A stretch of 64,000 nucleotides of DNA, from positions 1,152,001 through 1,216,000 of the forward strand of contig CAWDVR010000001.1 in the NCBI GenBank assembly GCA_963805975.1, in the 5' to 3' direction. This stretch comes from an uncultured Acidobacteriota bacterium (lineage in GTDB: Bacteria; Acidobacteriota; Thermoanaerobaculia; Multivoradales; SZUA-115). Shown here piece after piece: positions 54,605 to 64,000 of this stretch (positions are counted from its first letter, which is position 1; the number at the start of each line of letters is the position of its first letter). A model generated the notes under the pieces. That model was not told the DNA's origin, did not search any database, and worked only from the letters and a program-made list of their open reading frames with translations. The position numbers and the translations under genes are program-made.

Positions 54605-55411
54605 ATGCCAGAGACCACAACCGCCCAGCCCCAGATCCGCCTCGAGGGGATCGCCAAGGCGTTCGGCCCCAAGGTGGTGCTCGACGGGCTCGAGCTCGAC
54701 ATCGAGCGCGGCGAGTCCGTGGTGCTGATCGGCGGCTCGGGCAGCGGCAAGAGCGTGCTCCTCAAGCACATCATCGGCCTCCTGAAGCCGGACCGCGGCA
54801 CGGTGTGGATCGACGGCGTGGACATCAACAGCCTCGGCTACCGCGAGATCACGGGGTTCCGGCGGCGCTTCGGCATGGCCTTCCAGGAGGGCGCGCTCTT
54901 CGACTCGATGACCGTCGCGGCCAATGTCGGCTTTGCTCTCCGCCGTCACTCGGAGATGTCGCGCGCCGAGATCGCCCAGCGGGTGGAGGAGTGCCTGACG
55001 CTGGTCCACCTCACCGGGGTCGGGGATAAGATGCCGTCGCAGCTCTCGGGCGGTATGCGCCGCCGCGTCGGCTTTGCCCGAGCCATCGCGCTCGAACCGC
55101 AGATCCTGCTCTTCGACGAGCCGACCACCGGCCTCGACCCGATCACCACCGCGCAGATCGACGAGGTGATCATCGAGGTCCGGGAGCGGCTCCACTCGAC
55201 CACCGTCTCCATCACCCACGACATGACGAGCGCCTTCCGCATCGCCGACCGGGTCGGTCTGCTGCACCAGGGGAAGATCGTCGCCATCGCGCCGCCGGAA
55301 GAGTTCAAGCGGCTAGCCGACCCGCGCGTCCAGCAGTTCATCCATGGCCAGGCGGAGGGCCCGCTCACCGACGAGAGCGAGCCCCGCGGCAAGGATCGAG
55401 AGGAGCTCTAA
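54605..55411 (+). CDS. mlaF: MlaF-family ABC ATPase
   Basis: GGSGSGKS, FQEGALFDS, LSGGMRRR and DEPTTGLDP. Confidence 0.95.
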   Translation: MPETTTAQPQIRLEGIAKAFGPKVVLDGLELDIERGESVVLIGGSGSGKSVLLKHIIGLLKPDRGTVWIDGVDINSLGYREITGFRRRFGMAFQEGALFDSMTVAANVGFALRRHSEMSRAEIAQRVEECLTLVHLTGVGDKMPSQLSGGMRRRVGFARAIALEPQILLFDEPTTGLDPITTAQIDEVIIEVRERLHSTTVSITHDMTSAFRIADRVGLLHQGKIVAIAPPEEFKRLADPRVQQFIHGQAEGPLTDESEPRGKDREEL

Positions 55412-55413
55412 CG

Positions 55414-56880
55414 ATGTCCCAAGCGATCAAGGTGGGGATCTTCGCCACCGTCGTCTTGCTGGTGCTCGGTTTTCTCATCATGCGGATCGAGGATCTCGAC
55501 TTTTTCGCCCCCGAGGGGCGGCGGGTGACCGCGCTCTTCGACTCGGTGGCCGGCCTGGACGACAAGGCCGCGGTGCGGGTGGCGGGAGTGCGCGTCGGTC
55601 GCGTCGACGGCGTGGGCCTCGAGGGCCGCCGGGCGAAGGTGAGCCTGCTGCTGGAGCAGCCGGTCCAGCTCAGCGAGGGCACGCGCGCCGCGATCGCCAC
55701 CTCGGGCCTCTTGGGCGACAAGTACGTGGAGCTGATCCCGGGTCCCGCGGGCGCGCCGCCGCTGGCGGAAGGAGCGACGATCGAGGGCGAGGTGCCGGTC
55801 ACCCTGGACCAGGCGATCGCCAGGCTGGACGCGGTGGGCGAGAACATCCAGAAGATCACCGGCGCCATCGCCGGCGAGGAAGGGGCGGGCGACAACCAGA
55901 TCACGCGCCTGCTCTCGAACCTCGAGGCGATCAGCGCCGACGTCCGCGACCTGATCGCCGCCAACCGCGACCAGGTGTCGGCCACGATCGCCAACTTCGA
56001 GATCACCAGCGCCACGCTCGCCCGCGAGCTGCCACGGCTGGCGGCGCGCATGGAGGAGCTGCTGCGCGAAGTCAACGGCGTGGTGGCCGAGAACCGCGGC
56101 GAGCTGGCGGCCACCATGGCCAACGTGCAGAAGATCACCGAGGGCCTGCAGCCGGCGGTGGAGGATCTCAAGACCATCTCCGGCCGGCTGGCGGCGGGGG
56201 AGGGCACGATCGGCAAGCTCCTCACCTCGGAGGAGGCGCACGACAAGCTGGTCTCGGTGCTGTCGAGCGTCGAGGGCGGTGTGGCGAGCCTCACCGACAC
56301 CTTGGGCGCGGTGCAGAAGATCAAGCTCGACCTCGGCATGGAGGGTTACTACCTGCCGTCGACCGAGGAGAGCCAGGCCGGCTTTCAGCTCGACTTCGCC
56401 ACCCGCAGCGAGTGGCTCTACCGCATCGGTGTCGCGGACACACCCTTCGGCCAGGAGGAGAAGAACTTCGAGCGCATCACCACCACGCTGCCGGACGGCA
56501 CGGTCGAGACCACCACCATCGACACCTTCAAGCGCGAGGACAAGCTCGCGATCTCAGCGCTCCTGGGCGCCAAGCTGGCCCGCGACTTCACGCTGCGCAC
56601 GGGCCTGATCGAGTCGAGCTTCGGGGTGCAGGCCGAGTACCCGCTGGTGGGCAACAAGCTCTGGCTGTCGTTCGAGGCCTTCGACTTCAACCGCGAGGAC
56701 GACCTCGAGCCGCACCTGCGGCTCTCGGGCCGCTGGCGCTTCCACCCCAACCTCTACGTGGTGGGCGGCTACGACGACTTCCTGACCGAAGAGCGCAACT
56801 CGCTCTTCCTGGGCGGCGGCGTGCGCTGGAACGACGACGACCTGAAGTACCTGCTGGGCTCGGTACCGATCCGGCCGTAG
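55414..56880 (+). CDS. mlaD: Long MCE/MlaD protein with helical stalk and C-terminal beta-rich domain
   Basis: TM helix, VAGL..VRVAGVRVGRV..GLLGDKYVELIPG, heptad helices, GTIGKLL, then amphipathic beta strands. Confidence 0.88.
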   Translation: MSQAIKVGIFATVVLLVLGFLIMRIEDLDFFAPEGRRVTALFDSVAGLDDKAAVRVAGVRVGRVDGVGLEGRRAKVSLLLEQPVQLSEGTRAAIATSGLLGDKYVELIPGPAGAPPLAEGATIEGEVPVTLDQAIARLDAVGENIQKITGAIAGEEGAGDNQITRLLSNLEAISADVRDLIAANRDQVSATIANFEITSATLARELPRLAARMEELLREVNGVVAENRGELAATMANVQKITEGLQPAVEDLKTISGRLAAGEGTIGKLLTSEEAHDKLVSVLSSVEGGVASLTDTLGAVQKIKLDLGMEGYYLPSTEESQAGFQLDFATRSEWLYRIGVADTPFGQEEKNFERITTTLPDGTVETTTIDTFKREDKLAISALLGAKLARDFTLRTGLIESSFGVQAEYPLVGNKLWLSFEAFDFNREDDLEPHLRLSGRWRFHPNLYVVGGYDDFLTEERNSLFLGGGVRWNDDDLKYLLGSVPIRP

Positions 56881-57000
56881 CGGGACGTAGCACGCCGGAC
56901 GGCCGGCACAAGCCCGGCCGCTACGTCCCGATGGCCGACCCGGGCTGTAGACACCGCAGTTCCGAACGTAGCGGCCGGACCTGTGCCGGCCGCTACTTCG
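56881..57000. repeat. GTAG-type REP doublet between convergent mlaD and purC
   Basis: GTAGCGGCCGG-N7-CCGGCCG on + at 56968 and an inverted copy at 56900-56924; extra stem 56881-56891/56920-56930. Confidence 0.7.
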
Positions 57001-57008
57001 TTCCCGCC

Positions 57009-57899
57009 CTACAGCTCCGGCTCTCGCCCGGTCAGCCGCCGGAAGGCCTCGATGTAGCGCTCGGCGGTGCCGGCGACCACCTCGTCCGGCAGGCGGGGCG
57101 GAGGCGACTCCTTGTCCCAGCCCGTCTGGTCCAGCCAGTTGCGGACGTACTGCTTGTCGAAGGAGATCGGCTCGGTGCCCGGCTTCCACAGCTCTCTCTC
57201 CCAGTAGCGCGAGGAGTCCGGCGTCAGCACCTCGTCGATCAGGGTCACCTCGCCGTCGACCAGGCCGAACTCGAACTTGGTGTCGGCGAGGATCAGGCCA
57301 CGGCCGGCGGCGATCGCGGCCCCGCGGTCGTAGAGCTCGAGCGTCAGCCGGCGCAGGCGCTCGGCCAGCTCGGCGCCGATCGCCTCGGCCATGGTCTCGA
57401 AGGTCACGTTCTCGTCGTGTCCCTGCTCGGCCTTGGTGGCGGGCGTGAAGATCGACTCCGGCAGACGGCTCGCGCGCTCGAGGCCGGCGGGCAGGGGGAT
57501 GCCGCAGACCTCGCGCCGGCCCTGGTACTCCTTGAAGCTGCTGCCGGCGAGGTAGCCGCGCGCCACGCACTCGAAGGGGATCACCTCCGCTTTCTTCACC
57601 ACCACGGCACGGCCGGCGAGGAGCTCGCCGTGCGGCGCCAGGCTGGGCGGGAACTCCACCGGGTCGGTGGCGAGGAGGTGGTGCGGCACCACGTCGGCCA
57701 GCTTCTCGAACCAGAAGCTCGAAAGCTGGGTGAGGATCTTGCCCTTGCCGGGAATGCCGGGCTCGAGCACGTGGTCGTACGCCGACAGCCGGTCGGTGGC
57801 GACGATCAGCAGGCTCTTGCCCAGGTCATAGACGTCCCGGACCTTGCCCCGCTTGGGCGGCGGCAGGTTGGGTAGCTTGGTCTCCCAGACGATCTCCAT
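57009..57899 (-). CDS. purC: SAICAR synthetase
   Basis: GKVRDVY, TDRLSAYD, ECVARGYLAGS, DTKFEFG, DEVLTPDSSRYW and FDKQYVR. Confidence 0.97.
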   Translation of the reverse strand: MEIVWETKLPNLPPPKRGKVRDVYDLGKSLLIVATDRLSAYDHVLEPGIPGKGKILTQLSSFWFEKLADVVPHHLLATDPVEFPPSLAPHGELLAGRAVVVKKAEVIPFECVARGYLAGSSFKEYQGRREVCGIPLPAGLERASRLPESIFTPATKAEQGHDENVTFETMAEAIGAELAERLRRLTLELYDRGAAIAAGRGLILADTKFEFGLVDGEVTLIDEVLTPDSSRYWERELWKPGTEPISFDKQYVRNWLDQTGWDKESPPPRLPDEVVAGTAERYIEAFRRLTGREPEL

Positions 57900-57931
57900 G
57901 GCTTGCTCCGTGCAGCGGTGCGGTTGGCTCT

Positions 57932-59995
57932 TCAACGGGTGGCGTGCGAGACAGCATAAGTGCCGGCGGCGAGGCGGTCGAGCGCCGAGGTGAGGCCCAG
58001 ACCGGAGAGCGGCTCGCGCTCGCGGTCGGCGAGATCGGTGGCATCGACCACCTCGTAGACCGGCAGGTCGTCGAGCCCCTTGAGGTGCGCCACGCCCAGC
58101 TTGCGCAACCCCACGTAGAGCTGGCTCGTGCCGTCCTCGAGCGCCAGCACCACGTAGGAACGACTCGCCTCGCGGCAGCGGTAGAGCTGTGGCGAGGCGA
58201 GCGTGGCCGCGAGCTGGCCCACGTACTCCTCGGTCGCCACGATGCCCTCGTTGATCAGCGAGCCGTTGCGGTTGACGTAGGCGTAGAAGGGCCGGTCCTC
58301 TTGCTCTTTGTCGACCAGGTCGAGATTGCGGCCGGCGAGGGGCTCGAAGAAGCGCTGCACGGCCTGCTGGGGATAGCCGTAGCTCACCAGGATGTTCTTG
58401 ATCTCCTCGATCTCCTGCGCGCTCTTGCCCGAGGTCAGGCGCGAGAGCTCCACCACGCCGTGGCCGAAGAACTCGTAGCGCTCGGGCTCGCCGTCGGAGC
58501 TCGCCTGGATGGGGATCAGCCGGTAGTGGCCGTAGTTCAGGCCCACCCGCATGCCCTGGTTGAAGGGCAGGCCGCTGGTGAGGGCGAGGCGGTAGAGGCG
58601 CTGCAAGTGGATGGCGCAGAGCAGCATCGAGGCCGGGCTGCGGCTGGTGTAGAAGGCGCCGTCGCCCAGGTACTTCTCGAGCTGCAGGCGGTAGGCGCTC
58701 GCCAGGCGGTTGATGCGGCGCTGGAAGCGGAACATCTGGCGGAAGGCCTGCTCCTGGGTCTCCTGGCCGGCGCGCCGCAGGAGCGACACCACCTCGGAGA
58801 AGTTGGTGATGTCGTAGATCAGGCCATAGCGGTGCACCAGCGGGTCGATCACCGACGGCGACATGAAGTCGAGCGGCCGGGTCGAGGGGGAGAGGTGGAG
58901 CAGCCGCTGGCCGATCCAGGTCCGGTCCAGGCCGCCGGCGCGGAACACCAGCCGCTCGCCCTCGCGCTTGACCGGCAGCACCAGGCTGCGCATCGCCTCG
59001 AGCAGCTCGAACTCCTTGAGCTTGACGAGGAGCGACTCCCAGAGCTGGACCTGGTCCGGCGTGAGGAGCTCGTTCGGCCGGTAGCCGCGCCGCACGGAGA
59101 GGAAGCTCACGTAGCCCGAGCGGTGGAGGAGCGAGCGCGGCTTGGAGCCACCCGATGGGCCTCCGGCCGGGCCCGACGGGCCTCCGGCCAGGAGCGGGGC
59201 ACCTGCCAGATGGTGGGCCGCGGCCTGCAGCTCGGGGTCCTCGCGCAGGGCGGCGGCGTGCCATTCGGCCAGCCGCTCCAGGCGCTGGCGCAGGTCGCGG
59301 CCGTCGACCCCCAGGAAGCCGGTGAGGTAGCTCCCCAGCTCCGAGAGATCGGCGCTGATGTGCTCCTCGGTAAAGATCAGCACGTTGTCGAACATGCGTT
59401 GGAGGAGGTGAGGCATCAGCCCCTCCTCCACGTCCTCGATGTCGGAAGCCAGCCGGCTCACCACCTCGTAGATCACCTGGCGGGCCTGGCCCCGGTACTT
59501 CTCGAAGATGCGGTACTTGATCTGATCACCGTGACGGCGGCCGAGCTCGAGGTCCAGACGGACCACGCGGCGCGGCACCTCTTTCAACCGACGGGCCACG
59601 TCGAGCGAGTGCAGCAGCCAGAAGAGCGCCGGGTAGTGGCGCCCATAGCTCGACATGGTGGCGTTCTGCACCGCCTGCGCGAGGAGTGTGCGATAGCGGG
59701 TCCAGGCCGCGCTGTAGGAGGTGCGCGAGAACGGCTCGCGCCGCACCGCGGCGAGCTGAGCTTCCTCCTCGGCGTCGAGGTATTGCGCCATGGCCTCGCG
59801 CAGGGAGGACAGGCCCTCGGTCTGGACCACCGGAAACCCCTGGAACGGGGTGGCGGTCTCGTCCTCGAGATAGAGCGGATAGGGCGTGGGCAGGAGCACC
59901 GAGGCGTCGGGAAAGAGCTGGCGCACCTCCTGCGCCGTGGGCTGAAGGAAGTTGAAAGACCCGCGCAGCAGGTGATCGAAAGGCGCCGTGGTCAT
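57932..59995 (-). CDS. Soluble class III nucleotide cyclase-like protein with large unknown N-terminal domain
   Basis: YDITNFS, EKYLGDG, MRVGLNYG, YEFFGHGVVELSRL and LKGLDDLPVYEV. Confidence 0.7.
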   Translation of the reverse strand: MTTAPFDHLLRGSFNFLQPTAQEVRQLFPDASVLLPTPYPLYLEDETATPFQGFPVVQTEGLSSLREAMAQYLDAEEEAQLAAVRREPFSRTSYSAAWTRYRTLLAQAVQNATMSSYGRHYPALFWLLHSLDVARRLKEVPRRVVRLDLELGRRHGDQIKYRIFEKYRGQARQVIYEVVSRLASDIEDVEEGLMPHLLQRMFDNVLIFTEEHISADLSELGSYLTGFLGVDGRDLRQRLERLAEWHAAALREDPELQAAAHHLAGAPLLAGGPSGPAGGPSGGSKPRSLLHRSGYVSFLSVRRGYRPNELLTPDQVQLWESLLVKLKEFELLEAMRSLVLPVKREGERLVFRAGGLDRTWIGQRLLHLSPSTRPLDFMSPSVIDPLVHRYGLIYDITNFSEVVSLLRRAGQETQEQAFRQMFRFQRRINRLASAYRLQLEKYLGDGAFYTSRSPASMLLCAIHLQRLYRLALTSGLPFNQGMRVGLNYGHYRLIPIQASSDGEPERYEFFGHGVVELSRLTSGKSAQEIEEIKNILVSYGYPQQAVQRFFEPLAGRNLDLVDKEQEDRPFYAYVNRNGSLINEGIVATEEYVGQLAATLASPQLYRCREASRSYVVLALEDGTSQLYVGLRKLGVAHLKGLDDLPVYEVVDATDLADREREPLSGLGLTSALDRLAAGTYAVSHATR

Positions 59996-60177
59996 CGCGA
60001 GCAACCGGGCATCGTCAGCGGATCCGCCCCCAGAGATCGTCGTGGGAAGGCGTATAGCATACCCTCGTGGCCACCGGGAGCCTGGCGCTCCGCTGCCGGA
60101 GGGGCGTTGGCCGCCCTGTTACAATCGAGCTCCACTGAGCGGCCGCCGCCCATCCTGCTTGCCCGAGGGGTTACACC

Positions 60178-61659
60178 ATGCGTGGAATCGTGCCTTTGTC
60201 CTTGGCCGCCGGCGAGGGCCTGGCGGCGGAGCAGCTCATCGTGGCCTGCTTCCAGGGAGAGGCGCCCCCGGTCTCCAATCTGCCGGCAGAGGTGGCGGCG
60301 GCGATCCGCACGCTGGCGACGCGGCCGGGCTGGCAGGGCCGCGACGGGCAGACGGCTGAGACCGGCGTCTCCGGAAGCGGGGTGGGAGTGGTCACCCTGC
60401 TGGGGCTGGGCAAGCGCGAGGAGCTCGATGCCCTCGCGCTGCGCGCGGCGCTCTTCGCCGCCGTGGAGATGGCGCGGATCAACCGGGTCAGTGATCTCGC
60501 CGTCACCGTCCCCGACCACCAGGCCGTCGCCGGCGAAGCCGGGGCGGAGCGCGTGCTGTCGCAGTTGCAGATCGCGAGCTATCGCTTCCAGCGCTACCTC
60601 ACCCAAAAGGAAGATCGGGGGCACCAGATCAGGAGCCTCACCCTGGTGCCGCCGGCCCCGCACGAGGCGGCATACCGTGAGGCGCTGCCGGCGAGCGAGC
60701 CGCTGGCCCGGGCCATCGTCCTCACCCGGGAGCTCTGCAACGCGCCGCCCAACGAAGCGACCCCCGAGTGGATGGAGGAGCGGGCCCGGTCCGTGGCTGC
60801 GGATTCCGGCCTCTCCTTCACCGTGCTCGACGCCGACCGCTTGGCGCGGCTCGGCATGGGTGGGATCCTCGCGGTGGGGGCCGGCTCGGCCCATCCGCCG
60901 CGCCTGCTCAAGCTCGCCTACGGAGACCACGGGCCGGCGGTCGCGCTGGTCGGCAAGGGCATCACCTTCGACACCGGCGGTATCTCGCTCAAGCCCGCCG
61001 CCGCCATGGACGAGATGAAGTACGACAAGGGCGGCGCCTGCACGGTGCTGGCGGTCGCCGCCCTCGCCGCCGAGCTCCGCCTTCCCCTGCGTCTCACCGC
61101 CTACCTGCCGATCGCCGAGAACATGCCGGACGGGGGCTCCTACCGCCCGGGCGACATCATCCGTTGCTACAACGGCAAGACGGTCGAGATCGTCAACACC
61201 GATGCCGAGGGCCGGCTGATCCTCGCCGACGCGCTGGCACTGGCGGTGGAAGAGGGAGCTGAGCACGTGGTCGAGTACTCGACCCTGACCGGCGCCTGCA
61301 CGGTGGCCCTCGGACGGCTCGCCGCCGGCCTCTACACTCCCGACGACGCTCTGGCGCAGGAGCTGCTGACGGCGGCCGAGCGGGCCGGCGAGAGGCTGTG
61401 GCGCCTGCCCCTCTGGCCGGAGCTCGTCGAGCTCGTCAAGGGCACCCACGCCGACCTCAAGAACTCGTTCGACCGCTGGGGCAGCTCCAACCTGGCGGCT
61501 ACCTTCCTCGCCCAGTTCGTCGAGCCCCTGGCACGCTGGGCCCATCTCGACATCGCCGGCCCGGTCAACGTCACCAAAGAAGGCCCGGGCGGCGTGGGTG
61601 CCACCGGCTACGGCGTGGCCCTCTCTCTCGCCTGGCTGCGCGATCTCGTCCGCCGATGA
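60178..61659 (+). CDS. pepA: Leucyl aminopeptidase (M17)
   Basis: GKGITFDTGG, MKYDKGG, NTDAEGRL, TLTGA and HLDIAG. Confidence 0.95.
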   Translation: MRGIVPLSLAAGEGLAAEQLIVACFQGEAPPVSNLPAEVAAAIRTLATRPGWQGRDGQTAETGVSGSGVGVVTLLGLGKREELDALALRAALFAAVEMARINRVSDLAVTVPDHQAVAGEAGAERVLSQLQIASYRFQRYLTQKEDRGHQIRSLTLVPPAPHEAAYREALPASEPLARAIVLTRELCNAPPNEATPEWMEERARSVAADSGLSFTVLDADRLARLGMGGILAVGAGSAHPPRLLKLAYGDHGPAVALVGKGITFDTGGISLKPAAAMDEMKYDKGGACTVLAVAALAAELRLPLRLTAYLPIAENMPDGGSYRPGDIIRCYNGKTVEIVNTDAEGRLILADALALAVEEGAEHVVEYSTLTGACTVALGRLAAGLYTPDDALAQELLTAAERAGERLWRLPLWPELVELVKGTHADLKNSFDRWGSSNLAATFLAQFVEPLARWAHLDIAGPVNVTKEGPGGVGATGYGVALSLAWLRDLVRR

Positions 61660-62645
61660 GCTCTCTGCTGGCGGTCGAGGGGCTGACGGTCAGCTTCCCC
61701 GCCCACGGTACGCGGGCGCCGGTGGTCCAAGGGGTGGGCTTCGCGCTCGAACGGGGTGAATGCCTGGGCCTGGTGGGCGAGTCGGGCTCCGGCAAGAGCA
61801 TGACGGCGCTCGCCATTCTCGGCCTGGTGCCGGCGCCGGGCCGGATCGAGTCCGGCGCCATCCTTCTCGCAGGCGAGGATCTGCGCCGCTGCCGCGAGTC
61901 CGAGCTGCGCAAGGTCCGCGGCGGGCGGATCGCGATGGTCTTCCAGGAGCCCATGGCGGCGCTCAACCCGGTGTTCACCATCGGCTTCCAGATCGCCGAG
62001 GCGGCGCGCCTCCACCGCGGCCTCTCCCGCCGCGAAGCCCGGCAGGAGAGCCTGCGGCTGCTGGAGCTGGTGGCGATCGCCGAGCCCGCCAAGCGCCTCG
62101 ACGACTATCCCCACCAGCTCTCGGGCGGTCAGTGCCAGCGGGCGGTGATCGCCATGGCACTGGCGGGTGAGCCCCAGATCCTGCTCGCCGACGAGCCCAC
62201 CACGGCCCTCGACGTCACGGTCCAGGCGCAGATCCTCGCCCTCCTCGACCGGCTGCGCGAAGAGCTGGACCTGGCGGTGCTGCTCATCACCCACGACCTG
62301 GGCGTGGTGGCCGAGGCCTGCTCGCGGGTGGTGGTCCTCTACGCCGGTCAGGTGGTCGAGGAAGCCGGCGTGAACGAGCTCTTCCGCGAGCCGGCGCACC
62401 CCTACACCCGGGCTCTGCTCGCCGCCTCGCCGCGGCTCGGCGCGCCGGTCGCCAAGGGCCACCTCCCGACCGTGCCCGGTCGTGTGGCGGATCCCTTCGC
62501 CCGACCCTCGGGCTGCGCTTTCCACCCCCGCTGCAGCTTTGCCTTCGAACCCTGCCCGCGGGTCGAGCCGGCGCTCTGGGACCTGCCGCACGGGCGGCGG
62601 GCGCGTTGCTTCCTCCATGCGCCTCCGGGCGCGGGGGCCGGATGA
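61656..62645 (+). CDS. oppD: Oligopeptide/dipeptide ABC ATPase (OppD/DppD)
   Basis: [28 protein letters not shown] and GCAFHPRC. Confidence 0.92.
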   Translation: MSSLLAVEGLTVSFPAHGTRAPVVQGVGFALERGECLGLVGESGSGKSMTALAILGLVPAPGRIESGAILLAGEDLRRCRESELRKVRGGRIAMVFQEPMAALNPVFTIGFQIAEAARLHRGLSRREARQESLRLLELVAIAEPAKRLDDYPHQLSGGQCQRAVIAMALAGEPQILLADEPTTALDVTVQAQILALLDRLREELDLAVLLITHDLGVVAEACSRVVVLYAGQVVEEAGVNELFREPAHPYTRALLAASPRLGAPVAKGHLPTVPGRVADPFARPSGCAFHPRCSFAFEPCPRVEPALWDLPHGRRARCFLHAPPGAGAG

Positions 62646-63646
62646 GCACCATCGTCCAGGCCGAGCGTCTGTCGAAGCACTTTCCGGTGCGCCGGGGCCT
62701 GCTGCAGCGCCAGCGGGCGGTGGTGCGGGCCCTGGACGAGGTCGACCTCGCGGTCGCGGAGGGCGAGTGCTTCGGGCTGGTCGGCGAGTCCGGAAGCGGC
62801 AAGTCCACTCTCGGCCGCCTGCTGCTGTACCTGCTCCAGCCCACTTCCGGCCGCGTGCTGTTCCGCGGCGAGAACCTGGGCGAGCTCGGCCGCGAGGAGC
62901 TGCGCCGCCACCGCCGCCGCTTCCAGATGGTGTTCCAGGACCCCTTCGGCTCTCTCAACCCGCGAATGAGAGTCGGCGCCATGCTGAGCGAGCCGATCGC
63001 CGTCCACCGGCTGGCGCCCAAGGGGGCGATCGGCGGCCGGGTGGCGAGCCTCCTCGAGCAGGTGGGGCTCGCCGCGGACGCGGCCGAGCGCTATCCGCAC
63101 GAGTTTTCGGGCGGCCAGAGGCAAAGGATCGCCATCGCCCGAGCCCTCGCCTGCCAGCCGGAGCTCATCGTGGCCGACGAGCCGGTCTCCGCGCTCGACG
63201 TCTCGGTGCGGGCGCAGATCGTCAACCTGCTGGCCGGATTGCAGCGTGACCTCGGTCTGTCGATGGTGTTCGTGGCGCACGATCTGGCGGTGGTGGAGCA
63301 CGTCGCGGATCGCGTCGCCGTGCTCTACCTGGGGCGGATCGTCGAGCAGGCGGAGCGATCCAGGCTGTTCGCCGCGCCGCAGCACCCCTACACCGTGGGG
63401 CTCCTGGCCGCGGTGCCCCAGCCGGAGCCCGGCCCCAAGCGGGCCCTGGTGCCGCCGGGGGAACCACCAAGCCCGATGGCGCCTCCGCCCGGCTGCGCCT
63501 TCCACCCCCGCTGCGCCATCGCCAGGCCCCGCTGCTCTCGCGAGCGCCCCATGCTCGCGCCGGTCGCAGACGGCCACCTGGTGGCCTGCCACTTCCCCGG
63601 AGAGCTGGCGCCGCCGCGACCGGCCGGTCTCGGGCTGCTAGGATAA
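62642..63646 (+). CDS. oppF: Oligopeptide/dipeptide ABC ATPase (OppF/DppF)
   Basis: [35 protein letters not shown] and VACH. Confidence 0.92.
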   Translation: MSTIVQAERLSKHFPVRRGLLQRQRAVVRALDEVDLAVAEGECFGLVGESGSGKSTLGRLLLYLLQPTSGRVLFRGENLGELGREELRRHRRRFQMVFQDPFGSLNPRMRVGAMLSEPIAVHRLAPKGAIGGRVASLLEQVGLAADAAERYPHEFSGGQRQRIAIARALACQPELIVADEPVSALDVSVRAQIVNLLAGLQRDLGLSMVFVAHDLAVVEHVADRVAVLYLGRIVEQAERSRLFAAPQHPYTVGLLAAVPQPEPGPKRALVPPGEPPSPMAPPPGCAFHPRCAIARPRCSRERPMLAPVADGHLVACHFPGELAPPRPAGLGLLG

Positions 63647-63732
63647 CCTTCCGCCGGCCGGGACGTAGAACGCTCGAGAGCAGCCCGGTTTCCGCCTTGA
63701 TCCCCGACCCGCCAATCGAAAGAGGGAGATTC

Positions 63733-64000
63733 ATGAAACGAGTGCAAACAGGCCTCATCCGCGGCGCCGGCAAGATGCTCGCTGCCGCGCTGACGGTCGC
63801 CACGGCGGCAGGCGCCGGGTGGCAGGCCCAGGCCGCCGATGCACCCGGATCGGTCGCCGTGTCGACCGTGCCGCGTGCCACCGTGGCGGACGCCAATCTG
63901 CGGCGGCAGGACACCAACATCCTGCTCACTCTCGACGAGGCGGTCGGGATCGCTCTCGAGCGCAATCTCGGTCTGGTCATCGAGCGCTACACGCGGGAGA
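63733..64000 (+). CDS. TolC-family outer membrane protein (5' part)
   Basis: GGGAG RBS, signal peptide ending AQA, LTLDEAVGIALERNLGL. Confidence 0.75.
   Translation, partial: MKRVQTGLIRGAGKMLAAALTVATAAGAGWQAQAADAPGSVAVSTVPRATVADANLRRQDTNILLTLDEAVGIALERNLGLVIERYTRE

Noticed and set aside
56881-57000. Possible mini CRISPR array
   Set aside because: The copies are inverted, there are only two, there is no spacer periodicity and no cas genes are present; REP-like instead

Overview
High-GC (roughly 70%) chromosomal segment, most likely from an Acidobacteriota genome of the Thermoanaerobaculia type. The taxonomy is inferred from an acidobacterial VWFA protein, an IPTL-CTERM protein and typical conserved small proteins. 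From left to right the window holds: a surface-polysaccharide locus interrupted by a vapBC pair; two tandem paralogous secreted proteins; an exported PLP enzyme, an exported RidA and an internally deleted esterase; a class II DAHP synthase; two acyl-CoA dehydrogenases (one frameshifted); an ASPIC/UnbV-TPR protein; an isobutyryl-CoA-mutase-type B12 mutase pair; a RomR-like regulator ahead of valS-birA-coaX; rluD-lspA-thiE; a FecR/DUF6600 protein with a sigma54 promoter; def-cysS-yraN; tRNA-Gly/Cys/Leu; dnaB; mlaEFD; purC; an unusual class III nucleotide cyclase; pepA; oppDF; and the start of a TolC gene. The strongest candidate for an undescribed system is a five-gene operon (44888-51652) whose last four genes overlap. 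It encodes a secreted DUF6689-like protein, an FHA-GAF adaptor, a membrane Ser/Thr kinase with a TPR ectodomain, a sensor-less histidine kinase and a NarL-type regulator. It is followed by tandem putative operator repeats and a structured, terminated ~120-nt RNA candidate. No CRISPR array, transposase, integrase or prophage was seen. Family names come from motif recognition by eye, not database searches.
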